DNA of 64,000 nucleotides from Tubulanus polymorphus (Eukaryota; Animalia; Nemertea): positions 5,258,275 through 5,322,274 of the forward strand of contig NC_134032.1 in the NCBI RefSeq assembly GCF_964204645.1, written 5' to 3'. Of the stretch, positions 29,182-41,442 are shown in pieces (position 1 is the stretch's first letter; every line of letters begins with the position of its first letter). Under the pieces are notes generated by a model that did not search any database, was not told where the DNA came from, and worked only from the letters and a program-made list of their open reading frames with translations. A program made the translations under genes and the position numbers.

Positions 29182-29541
29182 ATGAATATAACTGTTGGAC
29201 CGGGTATATGTTTTGGATCTGATTTTAAACGTGAGAAAGAAATGAAATTTGATATTAATGATGTAATAACTGATATCAAAAGTATTACATTTTCTAATGA
29301 AACAACATTTGATTTTGAAACAACAATAAATAAACAAACTTTTAATATAGACAAGATTACTGATTTAATAAGAGGGTCATTAAGATTTTATGAATTAGAT
29401 GAAGATTTTATCATCGATTATATAAAAAAAATAATTACTGAAATATATAAAAATCATAAAAGTAGTAATGAAATAAATGTTGAATTAATCATAAATAAGA
29501 TAACTAAATATTTTGAAGATGGTGATTTTTTTGATAAATAA
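29182..29541 (+). CDS. 119-aa protein homolog
   Basis: Colinear with 52316-52675. Confidence 0.72.
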   Translation: MNITVGPGICFGSDFKREKEMKFDINDVITDIKSITFSNETTFDFETTINKQTFNIDKITDLIRGSLRFYELDEDFIIDYIKKIITEIYKNHKSSNEINVELIINKITKYFEDGDFFDK

Positions 29542-29763
29542 ATGGCAGATCAGAAGTGGATAATAACTGGGTTATATAATGGAGCATTACTATCAGTTGG
29601 AACCGTTGGTTATTCAATGGTATTAGAAAAAGTATTTAAAATGGGAAGTGTTAATGTTGATAGATTTGATATAAATGATATCTTAAAATTAACATTAGCA
29701 GTAACTTTGTCTAATTTAACTATTGATTATTTAGAAAAACAGAAATATATTCCTCCTTTATAA
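29542..29763 (+). CDS. 73-aa hydrophobic protein homolog
   Basis: Colinear with 52094-52315. Confidence 0.72.
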   Translation: MADQKWIITGLYNGALLSVGTVGYSMVLEKVFKMGSVNVDRFDINDILKLTLAVTLSNLTIDYLEKQKYIPPL

Positions 29764-30954
29764 ATGCGTAATTTTTTGCTAAATAAATGGCATCTGCAAT
29801 TATAACTATTATAGGGTCAGCAATTGTTTACGCTTTGGCATTTACTGGTGGTGGATAAAACAATATGGATTACATCAATAAAGAATTATATAATCAGAAA
29901 ATTACACATAGAGATTTTCAATCAGTTGATGAAGCTATGAGTTTATATAACGCAATAACAAATAAAGAAAAATTACATCTATATAAACCTAAATTATCGG
30001 ATTATTATACCCCAAGAAAAGAACAACAGAAATATGAAATAATATGGATTTTAGGTGGAACATTTATTATTATATTTGTTGCATATAAATTTACTTATTA
30101 ATTATATATTATTTTTTACTAAATAAATGGATGATAAAGTTGATAATATTGATATTATTCCTCATGATATAAATAAAACTACATTAAAATTATATTTGGA
30201 AAAACAAATATTAGAATTTGAAAGTAATAAGTAATGAAATTGATAATAATGTTTTACCTTCTACATATTATAATGAAATAAAATTAAATTATAGTGAAAA
30301 TAGAAATTATTGTAGTGAAGGTGAATTTTCAAACAGCCCATCAAATTGGAATAACCATATGAATACATTTGTACATATTACTAATGTTATAAAACGCGTT
30401 GGTTTAAGAGAATTTGTAGAACACCCATTTAGAATGTAACAAAGTTTATTTCAAATAAAGAAGTAAATGGTCAAAATTTATATAAAGATTTATTAGGTGA
30501 ATTTGTATCAAAGGAACCTGAACACAGTAAAGATGAATTAGATTTAATTGGTGCTAATAAAATATTAGGATCAAACATTGTAAATAAAATATTAATACTA
30601 ACCCAAACACTAAGAACGAAAATAAGGGAAATATAGTTACATATAAGCATATTGATAATGAAGATTATTTAGATACAGATTGGACAAAACATGAAGTAGT
30701 AACTATTGATGTTGCGGTAGATAGGTTGAAAAAGGATTATAATGAAGAAGCTTATGATGATCCGGTAGATAGGTTTAATAGATTGTTAGAGTCTGATGAT
30801 GAATTGGAGGATGATGATGAAAATGATGTTAATTATCTCACATTCACATAAAATAGTATTTGAAAATGGTATAAAATAATAGTTAATAAAAAAGGGGTTT
30901 TAAGCATTTTGGTATCTAATACGTGTATCTTATGCATAAATGCTTAAAATACCT

Positions 30955-31540
30955 TATTTTATAAATTAATATTCATAAGGAAATGTAGTCTCAAAAGTAA
31001 TTTTGAACCTTTATTATTCTTTGATTTATTCATTTAATTTGATTTTCTTCCAATGATTGTTGCATCGATTTTCTATCTTTATTGTGGAATAATACTAGAA
31101 ATCTTATATCCTCCCAAAAATCTTTAACAATTGAATTATATTTTTGATTTAAACCCCAAGTTGTTATCCCAAAATGTCTACCAGAGAAAGCTAGATAACA
31201 TAACTCACTTTCTTTAACTTTTGAATAATGTAAATTAGCACAATCATCTATGATGAATAATGTATTAGATCCTTTGTAAATATTGAATGCTACTTTTATA
31301 CAATTGTCTAGATTTTCTTTTACTGTTTTAGGATCTAATATAATAAACTTTTTTTATCTTAACTAAATCTCTATTATATGTTTTATTCAATTCATAAGTA
31401 GGACAGAATAATATTATATTATCAAAATGATTTTTATAAATAGTTTCTAATAAATCTAATATGAAATGTGTTTTACCACAGTTGGTTACTCCAGTAACTA
31501 ACATATTATGCGGTTCAAATATAAATAAATCTTTATTCAT
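30955..31540 (-). pseudogene. Packaging ATPase, frameshifted
   Basis: GVTNCGKT; colinear with 45346-45957. Confidence 0.88.
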
Positions 31541-32299
31541 TTATTCTTTTAGTTTTCCAAGATAAAATCCATTCATTAAATTTATCATCATACCCTTTAT
31601 ATTTCACAAGAGAATACTTTTTTCCTTTAAGAGTTTTTGTTTTGTAATACTTTTTCTATTTTGTATTCTATTTCATCTGGATTTGGTACAAGTGATAATT
31701 CTTGTTCATAAAAGTAACCTAATATTTCTTCATCTTTTAAATCTTCTTATTTATAAACAAAAGGTTTAGTTAATATTATCTTTTTAATCTTAAATATTTC
31801 TTCAGTAAAATTTGGAGTATAACCTTTATAAAATGTTTTCGATATTTAGATATTCTAACGTGTTGTCCAATTTAAAATTTTGGTTCTCCAAAATCATGTG
31901 TAACAAACGCTCCGTATAAATTATTCCAAACTATTTCTGAATTATCTTTTCAGTTTTATTTTTGATTGGAATACTCCATGCGTATCTACTGAATATATCT
32001 ATAACATTTAATATCCAAAAATATCGTTTATTGTATTCCTCTAAGTTCTTCATGTAAATTAAATCTGCTTGCCATTGTTGATCGATATATGAAACCATAA
32101 CTTTTCTTGTTAAATAATTTTTATCCATTTTCTTATGGATTTGATACGTTGGTTGATTTTGTAACCATAATCTTAGTTCAATATATTTCATATTTTCTTT
32201 ATCAGATTTAATTTTATCCCATAATTCTGAAATACTAGAATATGATACTTCACTCTCTGGGTTATAATATAAATCTCTTAAATATTTTTATTTTTTCAT
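31533..32299 (-). pseudogene. Integrase with an internal deletion removing the second D and the E
   Basis: SIPIKNKT joined near 31950 to the DNSEIVWNN region. Confidence 0.88.
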
Positions 32300-32305
32300 C
32301 TTCTT

Positions 32306-32650
32306 TTAATCCATTCGTAATAATCTTGGTTTATTTTCAATGGTTTTATCATTTGACTTATCTTCTGGTATAATAGGTTTATCATCGGAATCATTATTAT
32401 TAGATTTGAATTTATATTTATATATTACACCAGAGAATATAATAACTGTTACTAATCCAATTGTAACATATAATTCATTATTACTTCCAGCATTAGAAGA
32501 ATGAGATGGATTACCATTCGAATTAATAACAGATAATTTCTGTGGTTCATTTATATCAGTTAATTTCTTTTTCTTAGCTTTTTTTAATTCTGCAGATCTT
32601 TTAGCCCATTTAATTTGTTTCTCAGATCTAGGCTTAACATCTTCACTCAT
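32306..32650 (-). CDS. 114-aa basic protein with one transmembrane helix
   Basis: LYVTIGLVTVIIFSGVIY; TAAATG start; remnant homolog near 5080-5290. Confidence 0.7.
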   Translation of the reverse strand: MSEDVKPRSEKQIKWAKRSAELKKAKKKKLTDINEPQKLSVINSNGNPSHSSNAGSNNELYVTIGLVTVIIFSGVIYKYKFKSNNNDSDDKPIIPEDKSNDKTIENKPRLLRMD

Positions 32651-33200
32651 TTATTTTAGTTAATTTTTGTACTGATTCAATATCTTCTGATTTATTTTTA
32701 TCTTTGTATTCTATAGGTTTAATGTTAGAAAATGTTATAACTCCAGTAGAAATTAATGTCATAATTCCTCCTAATTGGAATGAAGCGTATCCAAACCATT
32801 TTTGCAGTTCTGTCATAACTAAGTAGTCATTTTTTAAATCAGTATATAATTCATTTTCTTCATCAATTGGTATTATCCGGTTACATAACTTAGAGTAACA
32901 TTTAACTATTCCATCACTTATAGAGTCGTTTATTCTAGCTAATCTAGCTTCTTCATATATTTCGAAATGTTTTATTACTTTATCTGGTTTCATGGCATCT
33001 AGTTCTTGATAAGTTATAATTTTTCCCAAGAAGTTTAGATTTGCCGCCGGCAATCAATAGTTCTAGATGGTGCTTACACGTCAAATAGTATTCATAATCA
33101 ATATTATAATCAATATTATTTTCAATTTTGGTTGGAATATCCTTATTATCACTAATGCCCAAATCATCTAAGATTTTTCAATATCAGATTTCTTTGACAT
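32643..33200 (-). pseudogene. Homolog of the 43802 gene, full-length with C-terminal hydrophobic segment, frameshifted
   Basis: CKHHLELLIAGGK; TYQELDAMKPDKVIK; FQLGGIMTLISTGVITF. Confidence 0.75.
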
Positions 33201-33481
33201 TTATTTTAGCAAAAAAGCGAAAAAAATATTATAAGTATTCTTCAAATGATGCTAATAACTCTTTGGGTTAATACTAGCTAGTTAAAGTTAAAGAATTTTA
33301 GTATTGACTAAGAATACTGGCTAGTTGAAGATATGTAATTTTTATTCAATTCTTATCAAAATATAAAGTATTCTCCTTTTGAAAAGAAATAATAGATTTT
33401 GAATAAAAATATAATAGAATTCATTATATAGTTGAAGTTATTGTTTTTTTTTTATATCTTCTATTTGAGATATACTAATCT

Positions 33482-34153
33482 TTAACCACTCAATAAAGAT
33501 TCAACATATTTTTCATTATTTGGATCAATATTCCATAATTCAATGAATTTCTTTGCATTATCTAATTGATCTATATATAATTTTGAATCTAGTTTGTCAG
33601 ATTTACTCATATTTTTTTTCTTTTCTAAAGGTCTTAGATTCTTCCAATTCCAAAATAACTTCTGATTGTATTCATCACTCATGTCAAATTTCGATATTGG
33701 TAAAACATGATCAATATGAAAATATTCACCATGATTATTCATATTCATTTTATCGTCGAACTGATATATAATCCACGATTTTAAGAATTTATCTGAACAA
33801 TCCAACAAATTTGTTAGTGTAACTGAACGCGTTTCTTTACTGAATAATTTTGATACTTTAGATCACAAACATTTTTTTCATTTTGTAATTAAAATCTGTT
33901 TGATATCTTTCCGTTTGATAATTGTTATTATACACTTTATTATGTTCTGGATTATTTGCCCGAAATTGTTTCATATGTTCTGGATTATTTTTGTAATATT
34001 GTTTATTATATAGTTTACGACAATTTTTGCAATAATAACCTTTACCATATTTAGTCTTTTTATCATTATAATATTCTGATAATGATTTATCTAATTCACA
34101 TTTTGAACATTTCTTATGGTGAATATTGATAGTTTGTGATGTTCTGACTCCAT
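33482..34153 (-). pseudogene. HNH endonuclease homolog
   Basis: GEYFHIDHVLPISKF...NLRPL; TAAATG start at 34153. Confidence 0.82.
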
Positions 34154-34300
34154 TTATAATTCATATTTCAAAATTAAAATTGTTTAACACGTTATAATCC
34201 TGTTCATTATTTCCTTTTCTTTTGTTTCTTCTCTTTTAAATTTTAAGTATTCTTCTAAATTGCAACCATAAGCAACTGTATGAATTCCATCATCTAAAAT

Positions 34301-35144
34301 CAGGGGCGGATCCAGACCGTATTAGCCGTATTGCCCAATACGGTCTAGAATTTTTAAGTGCCCTTCGAAATTTCACCGGCAGTATTTTTGACGGCATTAT
34401 TTCAGCAACCGCTAATTCCGTGTTTGTAATCCGGGCATAATTGTAAAATTAATCGGTATATACTGCTGCCGAGAAAGTGAGGAGAGATAATCATTTTGTA
34501 AAGCCTTTAATCATGATAAATTAAAAAGGGCACTTTCCGTTTGCAAGGGGCACTCATGCTTTAGATGAGGGCACCTTGTCCTTGCCTTTTCAGGGAGGGC
34601 TAAAGGGGCACTCGTACTTTAGAAGAGGGCACTATACGCGGAAAATGTTGGAGAAAAGGGCACTTTTTTGCCTAATTTTTAAAATTTTAGGGGCACTTTT
34701 GGTTTTGAAGATGGCACACGACATAAGGATAAATGTGAAGACGAGGCAATTTTTGCCGATTGTTAACAATGAAGGGGCACTTAGCCGTATTCTGTATAAT
34801 TGTTAAGGGGCACTTTTAAAGATTATAGGGGCACTAGGCGAAGTTGGCGACAACCATGCTTTCATGGGTTCGCCAGCTTCATTTTTTATCCGCATGTGTT
34901 GAAATCTTGTCTTGAATTCGTTTATTCTGGATTGCTCTGCTAGCCTCTAGAAGCCCTCTAAAAGCCTTTAAATGGTACCATATTTTCAAAGTTTTCTGGG
35001 GGTGGGCCCCCAGACCCCTCCCTATAAGGACTTCGCGCCTTCGGCGCTCGCATTGACCTGGATACTGGGTGTGCCCTAAGATCTGAAGGGTGCCCTTAAA
35101 TTTCCTTCCAATACTGTCTACCCATCCCCCTGGATCCGCCCCTG
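34301..35144. mobile_element. 844-bp non-autonomous DNA transposon (MITE)
   Basis: 15-bp TIR CAGGGGCGGATCCAG / CTGGATCCGCCCCTG; AAAAT duplicated relative to the empty site in copy F; many internal GGGCAC motifs. Confidence 0.92.
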
Positions 35145-36124
35145 AAAATATATCTTTTATCATCAAATGGGTTTAAACTTACCTTTTCAATTTCTTCAAT
35201 AATCATCTCGTGGTACTCAGATCTTAAACATTTCATCTTGTGTTTTCTAACTTCTTCATTGAATATACAATTGATGTAATCTTTGAAATGAATATTCTTT
35301 TCTACTCCGCTTTTGGTAATTCCTTTCAATTTCTTTGATTCATGAGTTTTAGTTTAATATGAATACATTTTAGATCGAATACCTATGAATTCTATCATTT
35401 CTTCACCTCCAATTTTTAGGATAATTACTGAAATCAAAATGATGTTTTAATCTTTTTAAATCATCTGTTATGTTATTAGTTTTTATCTTTAATATGTAAC
35501 TGTCTGTATCAAAATATAAGATTTCTATATGCTTTTCTCCAAGATGAGGTTGTAATAATAAATTTAGGGTATGTTTGTAAATGTCTTATTCTTTTACCAT
35601 TACTAACTAACTCAATATCATTTCTATTTCTAACAGTTTCACAAGTCTTACCAGAGAATGCATTATTCATTAACTTGAAGAAATCTTTCTCAAAATCAGT
35701 TTTAGCTTTAGTTCTCTGTTAAAGTCTATATATTTTTCCAACCATTTAGATTGACTAAATGAAATATATGTATGTACTTTTTTAGAATCATTCCTTGATT
35801 CAAATAGAATTTTAACATTCTATAATGTACTACATAATTATATTTATCTTCCTGAGTTACCATTAACTTTTCTGTATGAATATGATTTTCGGGTTTAATT
35901 CTTTTTTGTTAATTTGATAATTCTTCATGCGTAACAGTTTTATGTTCGGGACATTATGCTAGATTTCTAGATTTAAATTTCATGTTTTCAGGATATTCCA
36001 AATCTACAACAAAGAAGTAACCAGTATCTGAATCATCTGCAATATCTAGAATTCTTTTCTTCCAATCAAATTTATCATTATTTTCAGGTTGTAGAACTTC
36101 ACTTATTTCAACTGCTCCATAAGG

Positions 36125-37027
36125 CTTATTGAGGTACTTCTGAGGGATTTGCAGTTTGCTGACGATGCCGCCTTGGTCACCCACAGGAAAGAAGATCTGC
36201 AGCAACTCATGGACCGTTTTGCCCAGGCTTGCATAGACTTTGGGCTAACTGTCAGCATCAAGAAGACAAATATCCTTTGTCAAAACACCGATGACACACC
36301 AGAAATAGTCATCCACGACTGTGTGCTTGAAGTTGTCCACCAGTTCACCTATTTGGGTTCCACTAACTCTGATAAGCTGTCCTTGAAGTGCGAGATAGAT
36401 AGAAGAATTGGAATGGCATCATCGACATTCTCTCGTTTAACCAGTCGCGTCTGGTCCAACAACAAGCTCACAACGAGGACAAAGATAGCTGTCTACAATA
36501 CCTGTATTGTCAGTACCCTTCTCTACTGCAGCGAGACATGGACAACCTATGCTAAAGATGAAAGGCGACTAAATGCCTTCCACATGAGATGCCTCCGCAG
36601 AATTTTAGGTATTTCATGGCGTGACAGAATTACAAATGCTGCAGTCCTTGAACAGGCGGGTATTTCCAGTATGTACTCTCTGCTTAGACAGCGCAGACTC
36701 CGTTGTTTTGGTCATGTCCGGCGCATGGAAGACGCTCGCATCCCAAAAGATGTGCTGTATGGTGAGCTCACGCTCGGAAAACGATCCAGAGGCAGAGCTC
36801 ATCTACGCTACAAGGACAGCTGTAAACGTGACATGAAAGCTATTGACATCGATGTGAACATGTGGGAGGAGCTCGCAAAAGATAGATGTGGATAGCACCA
36901 GACTGTCAAGTCACATCTGCTCATAGGCGACGAGAAACTAGCAACTAGATGTACCCGTGCCAGGGACGTGAGAGGTCGACGATGTAATTCCATAGTCTGT
37001 TAAGACTGAAAGGGGCCTACTTACCTA
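36125..37027 (+). mobile_element. 5'-truncated RTE-clade LINE (RT C-terminal part, ORF 36149-36895)
   Basis: QFADD, FTYLGS, LLYCSETW, FHMRCLRRILGISW; 3' end CCATAGTC...GACTGAA...CCTACTTACCTACTT. Confidence 0.9.
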
Positions 37028-39029
37028 CTTGCTTGATGAATAAATGAGCATCACACCCTGATAAATTATGAAATATTACTGGAACAAAGTTAATTTTCTT
37101 AGCTTGTAAGTTACAATTCTCATGCACTACGCCTCTAAACTTTCCATTCAAATGATCATGGTCGCTAACTTTTTTATAATTAAATGTCTTTTCACAATAA
37201 TAACATTTATCAGCAAACTCAAATTCTTCTTTGTCTTCTACTGTCATAATTATTTCTTTATTTTTATTTAACAATTTATTAAATTTTATTTCATATTCAA
37301 TTAATAAGTCTCAAAAATGATTGATAACATTTTCATTTCTGTAATTATAATATTCACTTTTAATTAGTTCTGGATAATCTGATTTTATATATAACCTGAA
37401 AGCTGCAGCACTTTGATGAATCTTTTTAATATTATTTGTTATTAGAGGATCTGAATAATCAATTATATCATTTTCATTAGAATTTAATTTCTTTCTTTTA
37501 TAATATATTTCTTTTCTATCTTGATCAGTTAATTCCTTATTTAATGATTCAAAATCTCCATATATTACAAATGGTACTTTATTCTTGTAATTATATTTTT
37601 TGAATTCTAAAACTTTATCCTCTTCATTTGGTAAAACTATTTTACAATAATCATGATTTTCACATAATGATTTATGATTTAATAATAATGCCCTTTCAGT
37701 TCTGAATTTAGTTATACATTTTCTACATAGATATATTTTATTATCAAAATCATTTTCTGATTTGAAAAATAAATCAATTCTTTTAATCCACATATAATGT
37801 TTCTCATAATATAATATATCTATAATATCATTTGAATCATAATCTTTTGATAAATACAAAGGTTCTAATGTATAATGTTTTATATTATTACCTTTTGTTT
37901 TTGGTAATTTGACTAAATCAAATACATTTATCTTTATATTATTATCTCTTTCTATTTTTGGGATATTTTTAATTCTAACAGGATAATTATCTATCTATTA
38001 ATTATTTTCAAATAGTTTATAATGTGTTAATCTAAAACTATGTGTAATATCTTCTGTTGGATGTAAGCAACTTATAATTGACCATAGAAAACATTTATCA
38101 TCAGAATTTTGTACATTTATTACAGCATTAGTTTTAAATGGTAATTTAATATAACTTGATCCATTAATATCTGGTTCTTTATAATATGATAAATTATTTT
38201 CATCAATTGGTTTTGATTTAGTTAATTTATTATATTTTGTATTGTATACATAGAAAGTCGAAAATATTATTTCATCAAATATTAAACCTGATCCTTCAAA
38301 ATATTTCTCTTCTCTCTTATTTTTTATTTCATTATAACATTTGTCTAATTTATCATCTATATGTTGTTTTGAAATAATATGTTGTGAACGAGAATTTATA
38401 TTATATATTGGTTAATCTTCAGATTTTAAAAATTTAACTTTAGAAGATATACTTATTTTAGAGTATTCAACATCTGTAATCATTCTTATAATATTTTTCA
38501 TATTTTCTAAATGTTTTTTATTTTCTTCTAATGTTTTACCTTTATGAAATTTAAATTCAATAGCAGCTGGTCCAATATCACTTTAAAATGCTTCGGTTAT
38601 TCCAATATCTTTATTATCTAATGAATAAATATAATTTCTAACATTTTCCATATATGATTTCTTATTATTTAGAGTATCTTTTATTCTTTTAATTGTCTTC
38701 GGTTTATTTTTATCATTATCAAAATAATCTTCACCTAAAATATCATTATTCATATTTCTAATATGACTTTTAGATTTTAAATGTTCTTTATAATATCTTT
38801 TATCACTGAATGATTGATTACATGTATCACATTTCTTTTTCATGCTTTAATTCATCTAATTTAGTTTCTAATATATCATCGTTATATTCTAACTTTAATT
38901 TATTCTCTAAATGTGTTTTAGTTTTATTGTGTCTTGCTTTTTGAGATTTATCTATATCAATTTTACATGTTGAACAGTAGTACTTATTTGCTTCCATTTT
39001 AATATCAAATTTTTTATTAAAATTGAACA

Positions 39030-39405
39030 TAACACTTACCTCTCAACGCATCCCGCCGCCACGTGTGAGTCCCACCACGTGTGAGTCCCGCCTATTTATA
39101 CTACTCAACAGTGGGGAAAACCCAGCTGCGTGTTGAGGCTTGTAAATTATGAGGCTTGTGATTGGCTAGAGTAATGGGGAATACTCAACTGTGATTGGAT
39201 AGAGTAATATTCAACTGTGATTGGCTAGAGTAATGGGGAATACTCAACTGTGATTGGCTGGAAAAACTCAACTGTGATTGGCTAAAGTAATACTCAACTG
39301 TGATTGGCTAGTGTAGTTTTCTAGATGGATGGTTCTAGAATCAACATGTATTACGCAACATTCAACGTGTTGAGGCTTAATTTATGAGACTTGTGATTAT
39401 ATAGA
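39030..39405 (-). promoter_or_regulatory. CCAAT-box array, TATA box and splice-donor-like site upstream of copy D polB
   Basis: Six GTGATTGG (CCAATCAC on minus) at about 39158-39307; TATAAATA at 39100-39093; GAGGTAAGT at 39042-39034. Confidence 0.6.
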
Positions 39406-39527
39406 AGTAATAGGGTCTTAGTTGTTCTGTATCAAAGGTTGAATGGTCGAAAAATAAATGCGAGTGTGCGAGAATTTATTTTTCGACCCTTCGACCTTTG
39501 GTATAGAACAACTAAAACCCTATTACT
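39406..39527 (-). repeat. 122-bp hairpin right terminus of copy D
   Basis: AGTAATAGGGTCTTAGTTGTTCT...AGAACAACTAAAACCCTATTACT. Confidence 0.9.
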
Positions 39528-40225
39528 GGTGTATCAGCATTTACAGAATCGTGATACAATATTTCAATATTATCAACACCTAAATTTCCAAATTCAGGTT
39601 GTAATGTCTCATAATAAAACTTGTACATTAAAAATTTTGATAATTCTAAAACTGTTGCACCAATGAAAACTGGTTTATTGAATTTCATTTTAGTACGTTT
39701 CATTTTAACTGCAGCTAAATTCCTTGTTGTTTTGGATAACTTTAGAAATGCCTAATTCTTTCAGCATGAGTAACTTATTCTATGTCACTTTTATTTCTTA
39801 TATTTTCACAAGTCTTACCGTAGAGAGCATTATTCATTAACTTGAAGAAATTTTTTTCAAAATCGGTTATTGCTACTGTGCGTTGTTTTGTATTGAATTC
39901 TATATATTCTAGATATAATTCTAGATAACCATTTAGAAATTGTTTAAATTGAATATATCTATGTACTTTTTTAAGTATCATTCACTGTTCTGAATAGAAT
40001 TTTTAAGTTTTATAATGTACTACATAATTATATTTATTTTCTTGTGTTAACATTAATTTTCAGTAGACAGCATTTTCTTTGGTTTTATCTTTTTCTGATA
40101 CTCACCTAATTCTTCATCAATTACGTTTTTATGTTCCGGGCAATATGGATAATTTCTAGATTTATATCTAATTCCATCGGGATATTCTAAATCAATTATA
40201 AAACAATATCAAATTTTGGTTTTGT
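39528..40225 (-). pseudogene. polB: Diverged polB fragment (copy E), cut by the terminus of copy D
   Basis: KLMNNALYGKTCENIR; FNKPVFIGATVLELSK; ends EILYHDSVNADTP. Confidence 0.85.
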
Positions 40226-41442
40226 CAATTTTCTGATGTTGAGACTCTCCTGAATGAACGGAAAATTCAGCCCTACTCATAAGTGGCGATGGCAGATGCG
40301 ACTCGGCGAAGTATGTTCTATACACAGTGATTGATTTATTGAAGAATAAAATCCTTTGCATGTAACTTGTACAAGTAAGATCTTGATAAAGTTTTATGAT
40401 TTCGTAAAGTGTTTGGTATCATGAAAATAGCCCGGAAAAACTTATCAAATAATTCTTTGAGGCTGAACTGAAGATTATTCGTACTACGTTAATGAGCATG
40501 AATAAGACATCAGGTTCTGTAGAAAATCATTTTATCTTTGTTTTGAAATGATTCTTCATTATCTTCTGATGACTCTGGACAACTCTTCTGTGTAACTCAA
40601 TTTAGGTCTGCATTAAGTGGACAAGAAAGTAAACCTGCTTTTTATCCACCAGTAGCTTCAACCCATTACTTGCTTGGAAAACAATGGAATCAAAGTCCTT
40701 TGAAATTACAGGAGGTGATTTGGCACATGAAGATGAATACACTGATGGAGATGGAGCTTCTATGTCATCACTGTTAGAGATTAAGGACCCTTTTCCAAAT
40801 AAACACTGTTCTTTTTCAAGTCATGAAAATAGTTATGGCGTATGGTATGAGTGTGTGCGTTGTGGAGGTCAGGATGATGTGGACGATTTGGTAGTCAAAG
40901 TAAAGTTTCCTGAAGGATAGTAATCTTGTAACACTTTTGAAAGATATGTGATATGCGACACACGCACTTAACGCAGCTCCTTTCACAGTTCTTATTTTTG
41001 CCCACTAAGAACCTGAAAGATAAGAATGCAGAGCTCAAGAAATGAGATTCTTCCGGGGAGGGTGGATCCGAATAGACATAAACAAAATTATATAGGCCTT
41101 TGTATGGAGCTAGGCCTACTAGACGTAAATGTGATAGTAGGCTAAGCTAGTGCAAATGGTTTTCAATGGCCTAAAAGGGATGAAACCAAACGAAATTTTC
41201 TTGAACGGTTTGAGTTTCCGGTTATAAAAACCCTGAAATGAAACAAATTGAGTCGTATTTCTAGAATTGTTTGGGTGGATATGGAGCACCAAAATACATC
41301 AATAGGGTTGGAAGATTAACTCCATACCTACGCCCATGATGCCGACCTGTAAACCAAGTGGAAATTTGTTTGAAATGCACCCAAATTATGATAATTCCTG
41401 TTTTTCCAACTACGTTTTTCACTGTTAATGCGTTTATTAGCC

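Larger units (their letters stand above)
34184..38997 (-). pseudogene. polB: polB of copy D, interrupted by a MITE and an RTE LINE
   Basis: MEANKYYC start to RIITC stop, colinear with copy F. Confidence 0.92.
28140..39527. mobile_element. Deleted Polinton copy D with polB on the HNH/integrase arm
   Basis: Half hairpin at 28140-28206, structural genes (+), then ATPase-integrase-HNH-polB (-), full hairpin at 39406-39527. Confidence 0.85.

Noticed and set aside
40600-40920. Possible host exon (78-aa ORF with CxxC)
   Set aside because: No recognisable homology or partner exons.
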